Counted from the stretch's first letter, positions 18,988 to 30,052 are shown. The stretch is 56,357 nt of DNA from an uncultured Gammaproteobacteria bacterium (GCA_963827755.1 CAWHCQ010000030.1:1-56357), one strand, 5' to 3'. The notes: generated by a model from the letters alone, not told the origin. Numbers and translations are program-made.

Positions 18988-19848
18988 TCACTCCATTGCC
19001 GAGTGCAAGGGTGAGCGATTGACTCCACGGGCGATAAAACTTTCCCAACCGTCCGGCAACCGGTCTGCGACTCGCCGTGCATCCGCTTCCGAGTCGAAGG
19101 CGGCAAAGACGCTTCCGCCCGTACCGGACATCCTTGGGGGAGAAAATTCACCCAGCCAGTCGAGTGCCGCTGCGACCTCCGGGTATCTGCGCCGGACAAG
19201 CGCTTCGCAGTCATTCCGGCCGCCGCCCGAAACAAGGTCGGGTATTCTCTTCCGCGGCGTGTCCCGTGTCAATTCCGCGTCGGAGAAAATATCGGCAGTT
19301 GAAACGCTTACCGGCGGAATCACGACCAGAAACCAGCCCTCCGGCGGGGTTGCCGGCGTGAGGATCTCGCCCACGCCCTCGGCCCATGCCGCATGCCCGT
19401 GGATGAATACCGGAACGTCCGCCCCCAGCCGAAGGCCAAGTGCCGCCAATTGGCGGGTCCCCAGCCCCAGTTGCCAGAGCTTATTCAACACAATAAGTGT
19501 GGTTGCCGCATCGGAGCTGCCGCCCCCCAGACCGCTGCCGGGCGGCAGGCGCTTGTCGTTATATATGGTCACACCCAGCGGACGCCCGGCGGTCTCGCGC
19601 AACAGATGTGCCGCCTTGACACACAGGTCATCGGCCTCGGGCACACCGGCAGGCGTCCCGTACAGGGAAACATCCGCCCCGTCCTGAATATCGAAATACA
19701 GCCAGTCCCCACAGGTCAAAAACTGGAACAGTGTCTGCAGCTCATGGTAACCGTCTGCCCGCTGCCCGGTGATATGCAGAAACAGGTTGAGCTTGGCCGG
19801 GGCCGGCCAGGGGCCGCTGGCAGAAGCCGGGATCTCGATGTGATTCAC
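18988..19848 (-). CDS. ispE: 4-diphosphocytidyl-2-C-methyl-D-erythritol kinase
   Basis: WPAPAKLNLFLHITG, GLGGGSSDAAT, LGADVPVF and MSGTGGSVF. GTG start overlapping the lolB stop. Confidence 0.95.
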   Translation of the reverse strand: MNHIEIPASASGPWPAPAKLNLFLHITGQRADGYHELQTLFQFLTCGDWLYFDIQDGADVSLYGTPAGVPEADDLCVKAAHLLRETAGRPLGVTIYNDKRLPPGSGLGGGSSDAATTLIVLNKLWQLGLGTRQLAALGLRLGADVPVFIHGHAAWAEGVGEILTPATPPEGWFLVVIPPVSVSTADIFSDAELTRDTPRKRIPDLVSGGGRNDCEALVRRRYPEVAAALDWLGEFSPPRMSGTGGSVFAAFDSEADARRVADRLPDGWESFIARGVNRSPLHSAME

Positions 19849-20474
19849 ATCCCGGGCCCGGCGGACACGCCGGGCTGCCATTCATGGATCACCAGCCGCA
19901 CGCTGATGTCATCACGGGCCAGTTGCAGTTTTGCCGGCCAGCCGACACCACCGAGAAATTTGTACCGGCTATAGGATATAAGCCAGCCGGACTGCTCAAG
20001 CTCCACCAGCCGTCCCTGTAAGTTACGGTTTTCACGCGCCTTTACGCCAGGCACCGGCAGGCCACGCACCCAGTATCTCAATCCGCTTACCGGCAAGTTC
20101 CAGCCGGTCGTGTTCAGAAGCAGGCTCTCGGCATCCCCGGCACTGGTTTTACTGCCGTCCTTATCTTCCAGCAACACACCCGTAGCATCACCCGTCAGGC
20201 GGAAAGCCTCCTGTCCCAGCGGCCCGGATATTTGCAGCTGGAAGTGATCTGCCTGTTCCTGCCAGGACAAGCCGGCATGCCAGCCCTGTTCAGCCTGTAC
20301 CAGTGAAACCCGGCCGGTAAACTGCCAGTCGCTGATCTGCGTCGCGTCAGGGGGCTGCCAGGTGTCGGGCCCTGGAGTAATCGCACAGCCGGCAAGCAGC
20401 AGGCCTGCCGGGAAGACGGCCAGGCATCTTCGCAAGGTCCGGCTGCAGAAGAGCTTAATGATTCGAGTGTTCAA
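19845..20474 (-). CDS. lolB: Outer-membrane lipoprotein insertase LolB
   Basis: Lipobox LAGC, GWNLPVSGLRYWVRG and LEQSGWLISY; synteny. Confidence 0.92.
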   Translation of the reverse strand: MNTRIIKLFCSRTLRRCLAVFPAGLLLAGCAITPGPDTWQPPDATQISDWQFTGRVSLVQAEQGWHAGLSWQEQADHFQLQISGPLGQEAFRLTGDATGVLLEDKDGSKTSAGDAESLLLNTTGWNLPVSGLRYWVRGLPVPGVKARENRNLQGRLVELEQSGWLISYSRYKFLGGVGWPAKLQLARDDISVRLVIHEWQPGVSAGPGM

Positions 20475-20516
20475 GAGAATATCCAGGCACGTAACTGTTC
20501 GGCGGGGCCCTGCCTG

Positions 20517-22322
20517 TCATGGATTGATTCGTTGCAGCACATCGAGCAATGCCGGATTATCCGGACCCGTGTTCTTTGCTTCGGCCCAGACCCTGCGCGC
20601 GGCTTCGTGATCACCCTGTGCCCACATCACCTCGCCGAGATGTGCGCCGATTTCACTGTCCTTTGTCATCTCCCAGGCCTGCTCGAGGTAACGCCGTGCT
20701 TCTGCCAGGTTACCCAGGCGAAACTGCACCCATCCCATGCTGTCGATAATGGCCGGGTCATCCGGTTTTTGCTGCAGCGCCCTGCTGATATAGCCGAGTG
20801 CTTCCTCGTACCGGTCTGTCTTGTCAGCCAGTGTGTACCCCAGTGCATTCAGGGTGCGAACATTATCCGGATCATTACGGAGGATGTGCCGCATATCCTT
20901 CTCGGCAAGGTCGAACTGTCCCAGTTTCTCCGTGACCAGAGCCCGCGCATAGAGCAGGTCTTCATTGTCCGGATCAGCTTCGAGCGCCCGTGAGTAGACA
21001 ACTGATGCCTCTTCCAGGTGGCCCGCCTCTGACAATACCTGGCCCTCGATAAGGTCGAATGCCACGGATGTCTCGGGATTCTTCCGGCGCAACTCCCGCA
21101 GGTATTCCTGCATGGCTTCTATCCTGCCCTGGCGGACCATTATTTCAGCGGCATGCAGTTGTGCCTGGCTCCAGAAATCACCCGAGTCCACCTTGCGGTA
21201 CCAGTCAAGCGCCTGCGCATCCTTACCCTGTTTAACAGCAGCATAACCGAGGTAGTAATAGGCGCTTTGTTCCCGCTGTTTAAGTTCGATCAATTTCCTG
21301 AGATGCTTTTCCCCGGCCCTGTAACGCTCGACTTCCAGTTCCAGCAATCCCAGTGAATAGAGCGCATCCACGTTATCCGGGTCTTGCCTGACCACCCTGT
21401 TAAACTGCTCGCGGGCACCTTCAAGATCCTGTGCGTCGAGCAACAAGCGTGCATAGATAAAGCGCATATCAATGTTTTGCGGATACCTGGCAGTTGCCGC
21501 CTGCATGAAGCGCATGGCCTCGTCCTTGCGATCCATGCTCACGAGGATCTGCGCCTTGAGAATCGTGGCGTCGTCCAGATCGGGCTGCAGGGCCAGCGCT
21601 CTGTCGACCGCCTCCAGCGCCTGGTCCAGCTGATCGGCCAGGATGGCGGTACGGCTCAGGGCCATCTGCGCATACGGACTGCCGGGATCGTTGGCGACCA
21701 GCTGCTCTATCGCTGTTAACGCCGCCAGCTTGTCTGTATTACGCGCCATGATGGCTGTTACAAGTCGATAACCATCCTGCGGCTTTTCCGTAATGCTCAG
21801 CAGGTAACCCATCTGCACGGTTACCTCATTCATATCGCCCGTGCGCAGGGCGAGTGCCGTGAGTAATTTGTGCGCCTCCAGGTTATCGCTTTCAAGCGCC
21901 ACCCAGCGGCGTGCGGCGCGCTTGGCAACATCGAATTCCTTGGCAAACATGGCAATCTGGACAGCACGCTCCGCGACCCGGGGATCTTCGGCTTGCTCGG
22001 CAGCCCGCAGGTAGTGCGGCACAGAGACATCCATTTCGCCCCGCTGCCCGGCAATCTCGGCCAGCAGGATGTCGTACATCATTTCCTTCGAGAGTGCCTG
22101 GGTGGTAACTTCAGCAACACCGGCCGCGGTCACCGGTTTTTCCTCATTAGCGGCCTGCGGCCGGGATTCAGGCGAGGATGTCTTTGCCGCAGGCTGGTAT
22201 TCCCGGACTGCACATGCCGCCACCGAGCCAAGCAGCAAAATCAGCAGCCCAAAACGATATATCATCCTGTCCGGTCCTTTCATCGGGTTCTTCATCTCGC
22301 CTATTCTATCAGTCTCACGCAT
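20517..22322 (-). CDS. Tetratricopeptide-repeat lipoprotein upstream of lolB (true start may be ~22265)
   Basis: Multiple TPRs, LNALGYTLAD, IIDSMGWVQFRLG, EIGAHLGEVMW and lipobox VAAC. Confidence 0.88.
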   Translation of the reverse strand: MRETDRIGEMKNPMKGPDRMIYRFGLLILLLGSVAACAVREYQPAAKTSSPESRPQAANEEKPVTAAGVAEVTTQALSKEMMYDILLAEIAGQRGEMDVSVPHYLRAAEQAEDPRVAERAVQIAMFAKEFDVAKRAARRWVALESDNLEAHKLLTALALRTGDMNEVTVQMGYLLSITEKPQDGYRLVTAIMARNTDKLAALTAIEQLVANDPGSPYAQMALSRTAILADQLDQALEAVDRALALQPDLDDATILKAQILVSMDRKDEAMRFMQAATARYPQNIDMRFIYARLLLDAQDLEGAREQFNRVVRQDPDNVDALYSLGLLELEVERYRAGEKHLRKLIELKQREQSAYYYLGYAAVKQGKDAQALDWYRKVDSGDFWSQAQLHAAEIMVRQGRIEAMQEYLRELRRKNPETSVAFDLIEGQVLSEAGHLEEASVVYSRALEADPDNEDLLYARALVTEKLGQFDLAEKDMRHILRNDPDNVRTLNALGYTLADKTDRYEEALGYISRALQQKPDDPAIIDSMGWVQFRLGNLAEARRYLEQAWEMTKDSEIGAHLGEVMWAQGDHEAARRVWAEAKNTGPDNPALLDVLQRINP

Positions 22323-22463
22323 GCCCCGTTATACCAATGCGCGTAGAATACCCGGCCCTGACTCTATTTCCTTTACTTCACGATGGATTTGCCTCAACTT
22401 GTATTAGCACGCCCGGCAATGCAGAATTTTGCATTCTTAGCTGAATTTTCCTGAATTTCCCTT

Positions 22464-23723
22464 ATGCACCTGACCGTTCTAGGCATTAATCACACCACGG
22501 CGCCTGTCGAGGTACGTGGCAAAGTGGCATTCCCCCCGGAGCGGCTGGGCACTGCGCTGGCCGAACTGACTGCACTGGACGGCGTTCACGAGGCCGTTAT
22601 CCTGTCGACCTGCAACCGCACCGAGCTGTATTGCGCCCAGGAAGGTCAGGGGTTCGATCCGATCACCGACTGGCTGTGTCAATTCCACCAACTCTGCCAG
22701 GGAAGCCTGGAGAAACATGTCTATACCTATACGGATGACGCGGCAGTCCGCCATGCATTGCGGGTCGCCGCCGGCCTGGACTCCATGATCCTGGGAGAAC
22801 CGCAGATCCTCGGCCAAATGAAGGCATCCTATCAGTCGGCGCTCGACGCAGGCAGTATTCATACCCTGATTAACCGCCTTTTCCAGCACACCTTCTCCGT
22901 CGCCAAGCAAATTCGCACTGACACCGCGATTGGTGCAAGCCCCGTGTCCGTGGCATTTGCGGCCGTGCGCCTGGCGATGCAGATCTTCGGCAGCCTCGAG
23001 AAACAGACAGCCTTGCTGATCGGCGCCGGTGAAACCATCGAACTCACGGCCCGTCACCTGCATGAACAGGGCATCGGCAAGATAATCATCGCGAATCGCA
23101 CTGTCGTGCGCGCCCATGACCTGGCAGCACAATTCGATGGCTACGGCATCGGCCTGGACGAGATTCCCGCACACCTCGCCGAAGCCGACATCGTAATCTC
23201 CTCGACAGGCAGCAGCGAAGTACTTCTCGACAAGGCAACAGTTCTCAATGCGCTCCGAAGCCGTAAACACCGCCCGGTCTTCATGGTGGATATCGCTGTT
23301 CCCCGCGACATCGCCGCGGATGTCGCCGAGCTTGATGATGTTTATCTCTACAACATCGATGACCTGCAGCTGGTTATCGAGGAGAACCTGCGATCACGCA
23401 AGCAGGCTGCGCAACAGGCTGAGGAAATCATCGAGGTGCAAGTCGCACACTTCCACGAGTGGACGCAGTCGCTCGAGGCCGTACCGACCCTGCGGGCCTA
23501 CCGCGAGCATGCACAGGCGCTGGGCAGGGAAGCCATCGACAAGGCCAATCAGCAACTGGACAGCGGCACACCGCCCAAAGAGGTGGTTGAGACATTGACA
23601 CGTAATCTCATCAATAAACTGACCCATGATCCAAGCGTCAACCTGCGCTCGGCTGTCGCCAGTGGCAATACCGGCCTGCTTGACGCAGTGCGCACCCTGT
23701 TTCGCATCAAGGATAAAAGATAA
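22464..23723 (+). CDS. hemA: Glutamyl-tRNA reductase
   Basis: GINHTTAPVEVR, LSTCNRTELY, GLDSMILGEPQILGQ and DIAVPRDI. Confidence 0.97.
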   Translation: MHLTVLGINHTTAPVEVRGKVAFPPERLGTALAELTALDGVHEAVILSTCNRTELYCAQEGQGFDPITDWLCQFHQLCQGSLEKHVYTYTDDAAVRHALRVAAGLDSMILGEPQILGQMKASYQSALDAGSIHTLINRLFQHTFSVAKQIRTDTAIGASPVSVAFAAVRLAMQIFGSLEKQTALLIGAGETIELTARHLHEQGIGKIIIANRTVVRAHDLAAQFDGYGIGLDEIPAHLAEADIVISSTGSSEVLLDKATVLNALRSRKHRPVFMVDIAVPRDIAADVAELDDVYLYNIDDLQLVIEENLRSRKQAAQQAEEIIEVQVAHFHEWTQSLEAVPTLRAYREHAQALGREAIDKANQQLDSGTPPKEVVETLTRNLINKLTHDPSVNLRSAVASGNTGLLDAVRTLFRIKDKR

Positions 23724-23729
23724 CTGCCC

Positions 23730-24821
23730 ATGCAAGCCAGCATCACCAGAAAACTGGAACAGATAGAAGAGCGCTACGACGAAGTCAGTGCGCTGCTGGC
23801 TGATGCGGAAACCATCGCGGACCAGGATCGTTACCGGGATCTCTCGAAGGAGTATGCACAACTTACACCGGTTGTTGACAGCTTCCGGGCCTGGAGGCAG
23901 GCACAGGATGATCTGGCCTCGGCAGAGGAAATGCTCGGGGACCCGGACCCGGATATGAAGGACATGGCCGGGGAAGAGCTTGAAAAGACACGCACGGCCA
24001 GCGCGGAACTGGAACTGGATATACAGAGACTGCTGCTGCCAAAAGACCCGCACGACAGCAGTAATATATTCCTCGAGATCCGCGCCGGCACCGGCGGTGA
24101 CGAGGCCGCTATTTTCGCGGGCGATTTGTTCCGCATGTATGCACGCTATGCAGAACTCAACAAGTGGCAGGTAGAGGTACTCAGCGAAAGCCCCGGCGAG
24201 CATGGCGGATACCGTGAAATAATTGCGCGCATTGTCGGCCACGGTGCCTATTCGCGGCTGAAATTCGAATCCGGCGCCCACCGTGTACAACGCGTACCCG
24301 AAACCGAATCACAGGGCCGCATTCATACCTCTGCCGCAACAGTCGCCATCCTGCCGGAAGCCGCAGACATTGATCCGGTTGAAATCAACCCGGCAGACCT
24401 GAAGGTGGATACCTTCAGGGCCTCCGGCGCCGGCGGTCAGCATGTGAATAAAACAGATTCCGCGATCCGGCTGACACATATTCCGAGCGGCATCATTGTT
24501 GAATGCCAGGATGAGCGCTCCCAGCACAAGAACCGGGCACGGGCGATGTCATTACTCGCCGCGAAGCTGCTCAATACCGAGCAGGAAAAACAAAAGTCCG
24601 AGGAATCCGAAGCACGCCGGTTACTGGTGGGCAGTGGCGATCGTTCGGAGCGAATACGCACCTATAACTACCCGCAGGGGCGCATGACCGATCACCGCAT
24701 AAACCTGACCGTCTACAAGCTCGACGATTTCCTGGCCGGCAACCTCGACCTCGTCATCGAGCCGCTTACCAGTGAATACCAGGCAGACCAGCTCACCGCG
24801 CTCAATGAACAGGCCGGATGA
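23730..24821 (+). CDS. prfA: Peptide chain release factor 1
   Basis: PET tripeptide (RVPETES), [10 protein letters not shown] and RTYNYPQGR. Confidence 0.97.
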   Translation: MQASITRKLEQIEERYDEVSALLADAETIADQDRYRDLSKEYAQLTPVVDSFRAWRQAQDDLASAEEMLGDPDPDMKDMAGEELEKTRTASAELELDIQRLLLPKDPHDSSNIFLEIRAGTGGDEAAIFAGDLFRMYARYAELNKWQVEVLSESPGEHGGYREIIARIVGHGAYSRLKFESGAHRVQRVPETESQGRIHTSAATVAILPEAADIDPVEINPADLKVDTFRASGAGGQHVNKTDSAIRLTHIPSGIIVECQDERSQHKNRARAMSLLAAKLLNTEQEKQKSEESEARRLLVGSGDRSERIRTYNYPQGRMTDHRINLTVYKLDDFLAGNLDLVIEPLTSEYQADQLTALNEQAG

Positions 24822-25650
24822 GGTCTCCATCAGGCAGCTGATCAACGCTGCGAGCACGACACTTGACTCCGGCACCGGGCGACTCGATGCGGAAGTGTTA
24901 CTCGCCAGCCTGCTGCAAAAAGACCGCGCTCACCTGCATGCCTGGCCCGGGAAAATCCTGCCAATGGAAACCTGTGAACAATACAGGCAACTGGTGCAAA
25001 GGCGTGCCTGTGGAGAACCGGTTGCCTACCTGACAGGCCAACGCGAATTCTGGTCACTGGCCCTTGGGGTGAGCCCGGATACCCTGATACCCCGCCCGGA
25101 AACCGAAACACTGGTGACACTGGCACTGGAGAAGATTCCGCCTGACACCTGCCTGGCTATTGCCGATCTCGGCACCGGCAGCGGCGCCATTGCACTGGCG
25201 ATTGCACACGAACGGCCGCGCTCCCGGGTCATTGCCACGGACATGTCCGCCGGCGCCCTTGCAATGGCTGCCGCCAACGCCCGCACGCTCGGCATTGATA
25301 ATGTCAGTTTTGTCCAGGGAAACTGGTGCGCGCCACTGGCCCGTGAATATTTCGATTTCATTATCAGCAACCCGCCGTATATAGAGGCGCAGGATGCCCA
25401 CCTGGGGCGCGGCGACGTTCGCTTTGAGCCCCGCTCTGCCCTGGCATCGGGAGCGGATGGCATGGATGACCTGGAACGCATTGTGGCGTGTGCGCGTGAC
25501 TGCCTGCAGGCGCAGGGCTGGTTAATGCTGGAACACGGCTACAACCAGGCCGGCAGGGTCAAACAACGGCTCGCTGAACATGGCTATCATGAGATCAGCA
25601 CTCACCGCGACGCGGCCGGGCTCGAGCGGGTATGCATGGGCAGGAAATAA
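24805..25650 (+). CDS. prmC: Release factor glutamine methyltransferase
   Basis: [30 protein letters not shown] and SNPPYI. Confidence 0.95.
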   Translation: MNRPDEVSIRQLINAASTTLDSGTGRLDAEVLLASLLQKDRAHLHAWPGKILPMETCEQYRQLVQRRACGEPVAYLTGQREFWSLALGVSPDTLIPRPETETLVTLALEKIPPDTCLAIADLGTGSGAIALAIAHERPRSRVIATDMSAGALAMAAANARTLGIDNVSFVQGNWCAPLAREYFDFIISNPPYIEAQDAHLGRGDVRFEPRSALASGADGMDDLERIVACARDCLQAQGWLMLEHGYNQAGRVKQRLAEHGYHEISTHRDAAGLERVCMGRK

Positions 25651-25766
25651 CACGGCTTTCACGGGATAAGCCTGTAAAAACCCGGATTTCCGTCATAACG
25701 GCAGGCCGGGCCTGCCATAGCGGCCGCCAATCTTGCTATTTGACCCCCCGGCGCTAGTATGGACGT

Positions 25767-26159
25767 GTGACGGAAAAACTGAAAAACCGGTCAATCTGGC
25801 TGATACAGTCAAACCAGGATCCCGCCTTTGCAGAATCTGCCGCGGCCCTGTTGCGCGATGTCAAAGGTGTACTGCGTGTACAGGTCTCCGGACCCGATCG
25901 TCTGCTTGTCAGCTACAACGTAAGACAAATCACCCTGCAGATCATCGAGGCAGTATTGCAGGAGTTTGGTTACAAACTCCGCACCAGTTTCTTCTGCCGG
26001 CTCATGCGCAGCATTTGCTATTACATCGAGGATATCGAATGCAGCAACGGCAGACATGACATGGCGGACTGTACGCGCGATGCCTTCATCACCCGGTACC
26101 TGCGTCGTGATCATGGCTGCCGCGATCATCGTCCCGAGTACCTGCGACGTTACCTGTAA
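25767..26159 (+). CDS. Hypothetical protein with HMA-like fold and Cys/His-rich tail
   Basis: VKGVLRVQV...LLVSYNVRQITLQIIEAVLQEFGY resembles an HMA-type fold; C-terminus HGCRDHRPEYLRRYL. Confidence 0.7.
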   Translation: MTEKLKNRSIWLIQSNQDPAFAESAAALLRDVKGVLRVQVSGPDRLLVSYNVRQITLQIIEAVLQEFGYKLRTSFFCRLMRSICYYIEDIECSNGRHDMADCTRDAFITRYLRRDHGCRDHRPEYLRRYL

Positions 26160-26238
26160 ATAAAAATCACATTCTGCTGTAGACACGGGGGAAGCACTCT
26201 GGAAATTATTGCGCTTGATTTCATCGTTACCCCGTCAA

Positions 26239-26321
26239 CCCCTCTCCCTGGCCCTCTCCCGAAGGGACGCCTGCAGGACGCAGGCGATAGAGCGACTCAG
26301 GATGCCAAAGCCGGGAGGGGA
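26239..26321. repeat. CCCTCTCCC-type palindromic repeat interrupted by a 47-bp insert
   Basis: Removing 26268-26314 restores ccctctccc-gaa-gggagaggg. Confidence 0.65.
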
Positions 26322-26431
26322 TTCGCTTATTATCAGAGAGAACCTCATTATTTCCTGTACCCCGTTACCAGCTGGAATCAGCTTTGCGTAAATAACGCTT
26401 CTGTATATCAACATAACTCAACGAAAGGTTC

Positions 26432-27178
26432 ATGAACGACGATCAACTCCTCCGCTACAGCCGCCAGATCATGCTGCCGCAGGTTGATATTGCGGGGCAG
26501 CAAAAACTGCTCTCGGCCCGCGTCCTGATCGTCGGTGCCGGCGGACTCGGTTCACCGGCCGCCATGTATCTTGCCGCGGCCGGTGTCGGCCACCTGGTAA
26601 TTGCCGATCATGACACAGTTGAACTCTCCAACCTGCAGCGGCAACTGTTGCATCAGGATACAGATATCGGACTCAACAAAGCGGTATCCGCGCAACAGTC
26701 CCTGGCAACCATCAACCCGGAAATACGGGTCACAGCCATCGGGGAAAAACTGCAGGGCGAACAACTTGATGATGAGGTCCGGCAGGCCGCGGCGGTACTC
26801 GACTGTACGGACAATTTTGCAAGCCGTTTTGCCATCAACCGTGCCTGTATGACCTGGCGCACCCCGCTGGTTTCCGGAGCGGCAATCCGCCTGCAGGGCC
26901 AGCTTTCCGTGTTTGATCCGGGCGACAAAAAAAGCCCTTGTTACAGCTGCTTGTATAAAGAAGGTGAAGAAGAAGATCAGGCCTGTTCGGACACCGGCGT
27001 GCTCGCTCCGGTCACCGGAATTATCGGCTCGCTGCAGGCGCTGGAGGCCCTGAAAGTCATTCTCTCGCTGGGTGAAACCCTGGTCGGGCGACTGCTCGTG
27101 TTTGACGGACTCTGCCACGAATGGCGCACCCTGAAACTGAAGCGGGACCCTGATTGCCCGGTGTGCGGCAAGGGGTAG
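26432..27178 (+). CDS. moeB: Molybdopterin-synthase adenylyltransferase (MoeB/ThiF family)
   Basis: RYSRQIML, VGAGGLGSP, SNLQRQ, DCTDNF, CYSC and CPVC zinc motifs. Confidence 0.9.
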   Translation: MNDDQLLRYSRQIMLPQVDIAGQQKLLSARVLIVGAGGLGSPAAMYLAAAGVGHLVIADHDTVELSNLQRQLLHQDTDIGLNKAVSAQQSLATINPEIRVTAIGEKLQGEQLDDEVRQAAAVLDCTDNFASRFAINRACMTWRTPLVSGAAIRLQGQLSVFDPGDKKSPCYSCLYKEGEEEDQACSDTGVLAPVTGIIGSLQALEALKVILSLGETLVGRLLVFDGLCHEWRTLKLKRDPDCPVCGKG

Positions 27179-27204
27179 AAATCCTGTAGCGGAGCACGGA
27201 ATTT

Positions 27205-27356
27205 GATGGGTACGTCGCTGCGCTCCTTTACCCATCCTACCCCCTTTACCTATTCTACATCGTACCCGTCACCCACCTCATCGTAGGACGAGGTAAAGCG
27301 CAGCGTACCCGTCACCCACCTCACCGTAGGACGGGTAAAGCGCAGCGTACCCGTCA
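27205..27356. repeat. Cluster of GTAG-family REP palindromes
   Basis: One inverted copy (gatgggtac...cccatcctac, 27205-27240) and two tandem gtaggacg(a)ggtaaagcgcagcgtacccgtca copies between convergent moeB and pdxB. Confidence 0.8.
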
Positions 27357-27384
27357 TGGGCATACCAATGGCTTAAAGAAATGT

Positions 27385-28524
27385 TCAACACACAAAACCA
27401 AGCCCGCGCAAAACCGCCCGGGTTGACTCATCCATACCTGCGCCGCTGATTTTCCTTGTCTGGAACTCACGCCGCACCGGGTACTCTTTCCTCAACCGGT
27501 CGAAGTACGCCGGCCGGTCCTGGCGCGGCCGCGAAAGGATCGCACGCAAACGTTCATCGTCATCACGGATATCATAGCAATCCAGCACGGCCTTGCGAAT
27601 ATTTCCGGTCACATCACCGGCAATAAAACTCTCCGTATCGAGTAGCCCCGCCCCGGGCAACTCGTCTGCAACACTCCACTGCGTTGACTGCTGAAAATAT
27701 TTGCACGCCGCAGCGTAAATCATTTCCGTACCGCGCAGTTTCCCGTCGAGGCTGTAGCCTGCGATATGCGGTGTCGCCAGCGCCACTTTTTCCAGCAGCG
27801 ACGTGCTGATCTCCGGTTCGTTTTCCCAGACATCAAGCACAACCGACAGGTCGCTGCGCCGACCGAGCACATGATCAAGTGCGCGGTTATCGGCCACCGC
27901 ACCGCGCGCGGTATTGATCAGGATAGTGTTCGGCTTCAGTCGCTCGAGGAAGGCCTCATCGAGAAGATGAAACGTGGGATAATCACCGCCTGCTGCCAGT
28001 GGCACATGCACGGTAACAATGTCGGCCTGCAACACCGCATAAAGCCCGACATAGTGATCATGGCCGCCCTGCCGCCTTAGCGGCGGGTCATTGACCCGGC
28101 AATCAATACCCAGCGCGGTGAATTTTTTCAGCACACGCGAGCCGACATTGCCGCAGCCGATGATGCCGGCTGTCTTTGTCCCGAGATCAATGCCGCCACG
28201 TTCCGCCAGCACCACCAGGGCGCTGATGACGTATTCCGCTGCGGAGATGGCATTGCTGCCGGGGGCCGTGGAGAACCCTATATCCCTGCTGCGCAGGTAA
28301 TTCCGGTCGATATGGTCAAAGCCGATGGTTGCCGAGCCGACAAAACGGACGCTTGAACCGGCGAGCAGGCGCTTATCGACGCGGGTCACCGAACGCACCA
28401 GCAGGATATCGGCATCGCGCACCTGCCCGGCCCGCAGACCGCGCCCGGAAACCAGTTCAACCTCGCCGAGGGAGGCAAAGGCCTTCTCAACGCAGGGAAT
28501 ATTTTCGTCAGCAATGATTTTCAT
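27385..28524 (-). CDS. pdxB: 4-phosphoerythronate dehydrogenase
   Basis: MKIIADENIP, LLVRSVTRV, GSATIGFDHID, DVWENEP, TPHIAGYSLDGK and FDRLRKEYPVRRE. Confidence 0.95.
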   Translation of the reverse strand: MKIIADENIPCVEKAFASLGEVELVSGRGLRAGQVRDADILLVRSVTRVDKRLLAGSSVRFVGSATIGFDHIDRNYLRSRDIGFSTAPGSNAISAAEYVISALVVLAERGGIDLGTKTAGIIGCGNVGSRVLKKFTALGIDCRVNDPPLRRQGGHDHYVGLYAVLQADIVTVHVPLAAGGDYPTFHLLDEAFLERLKPNTILINTARGAVADNRALDHVLGRRSDLSVVLDVWENEPEISTSLLEKVALATPHIAGYSLDGKLRGTEMIYAAACKYFQQSTQWSVADELPGAGLLDTESFIAGDVTGNIRKAVLDCYDIRDDDERLRAILSRPRQDRPAYFDRLRKEYPVRREFQTRKISGAGMDESTRAVLRGLGFVC

Positions 28525-28601
28525 ACTGGAGCCTGTCGGATAGCGGCGGGGAATTCGAACCGGACGCGCCTGCATCTACTACGGGATGTCTGCCTGGAGT
28601 A

Positions 28602-30038
28602 TCAGGAATCCAGTTTCTTTCTGAGCAGTTCATTCACCTGTTTTGGATTGGCCTTGCCCCGTGTGGCCTTCATCACCTGGCCGACGAAATAGCCGAAAAG
28701 TTTTTCCTGGCCATTTCTGTATTGCTCGATTTGCTGCGGACTGCTGTCCAGTACTTCCTGGATGATGCCTTCAATAGCGGAGGAATCGGATATCTGCTTC
28801 AGGCCCTGCTGTTCGATTATTTCATCAGCGCTGCCTTCACCGTTCCACATCGCCTCGAACACCTGCTTGGCGATTTTTCCGGAAATCGTGCCGTCTTCAA
28901 TACGCAGCAACATATCACCCAGGGCCTCAGCCGTTACCGGGCTGTCGGCAATACCGGCGTCACTCTTGTTCAGCGCCCCGGACAATTCGCCCATCACCCA
29001 GTTGGCCGCAAGTTTCCCCTGCCCCCCTGCCCGTTTGACAACGGCCTCGAAATAATCGGCCATTTCCCGGCTTGCGGTCAGAACACCCGCATCATAGTCA
29101 GACAAACCATAGTCACCGACAAAACGCTGCTTCCTGGCATCGGGCAGTTCCGGGAGGGTCTGGCGCACGGCCTCGATAAACGCCGCGTCCAGCTCAACAG
29201 GCAACAGGTCCGGATCAGGAAAGTAGCGGTAATCATTGGCCTCTTCCTTGGAGCGCATCGGGCGTGTTTCATGCTTGTCGGGATCATACAGGCGCGTCTC
29301 CTGGACGACGCTGCCACCGCCTTCAAGCACCATGATCTGGCGTTCGACTTCGTGGTTGATCGCCTGTTCGACAAACCTGAAGGAATTTATATTCTTGATT
29401 TCCGCACGGGTACCGAACTCCTGCTGGCCTTTTGGGCGCACCGATACGTTGGCATCACAGCGGAACGAACCCTCCTGCATGTTGCCATCACTGATTTCCA
29501 GATAACGGACCAGGGAATGGATCTTCTTCATATAGGCCACGGCTTCCTTTGCCGAACTCAGCTCCGGCTCCGAGACGATTTCCAGCAGCGGCGTGCCCGC
29601 CCGATTGAGGTCGATTCCGGTCATGCCGTGAAAACTCTCGTGCAAAGATTTGCCGGCATCTTCTTCCAGGTGCGCCCGGGTGATACCGATCCGCTTGGTA
29701 GTGCCGTCTTCCAGCTCGATATCAAGATAACCGTCATGCACGATTGGCAACTCAAACTGGCTGATCTGGTAGCCCTTGGGCAGATCAGGGTAGAAGTAGT
29801 TCTTGCGGGCAAACACGGAACGCGATGCAACCGTCGAGTGCGTCGCCAGCCCGAAGCAGGCAGCCATGCGTACAACCTCGGCATTCAGCACCGGCAATAC
29901 ACCGGGCAACCCAAGGTCGACAGCACAGGCCTGGGTATTCGGTTCAGCACCGTATTTGGTTGCGGCCGCCGAGAAAATCTTGCTCCTGGTTGCCAGCTGG
30001 GTATGGATTTCCAGCCCGATTACGGTTTCCCATTGCAT
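28602..30038 (-). CDS. gatB: Asp/Glu-tRNA amidotransferase subunit B
   Basis: [27 protein letters not shown] and YRYFPDPDL. Confidence 0.97.
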   Translation of the reverse strand: MQWETVIGLEIHTQLATRSKIFSAAATKYGAEPNTQACAVDLGLPGVLPVLNAEVVRMAACFGLATHSTVASRSVFARKNYFYPDLPKGYQISQFELPIVHDGYLDIELEDGTTKRIGITRAHLEEDAGKSLHESFHGMTGIDLNRAGTPLLEIVSEPELSSAKEAVAYMKKIHSLVRYLEISDGNMQEGSFRCDANVSVRPKGQQEFGTRAEIKNINSFRFVEQAINHEVERQIMVLEGGGSVVQETRLYDPDKHETRPMRSKEEANDYRYFPDPDLLPVELDAAFIEAVRQTLPELPDARKQRFVGDYGLSDYDAGVLTASREMADYFEAVVKRAGGQGKLAANWVMGELSGALNKSDAGIADSPVTAEALGDMLLRIEDGTISGKIAKQVFEAMWNGEGSADEIIEQQGLKQISDSSAIEGIIQEVLDSSPQQIEQYRNGQEKLFGYFVGQVMKATRGKANPKQVNELLRKKLDS

Positions 30039-30052
30039 CAAAAAGTCACTCT

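Noticed and set aside
18656-19687. 343-aa plus-strand ORF and similar long antisense ORFs (e.g. 28722-30110, 16640-17617)
   Set aside because: They are shadows of well-supported opposite-strand genes or tRNAs in GC-rich DNA.
28540-28566. tRNA-like fragment ggggaattcgaacc
   Set aside because: The flanks cannot form a T-stem or acceptor end, so it is probably chance.
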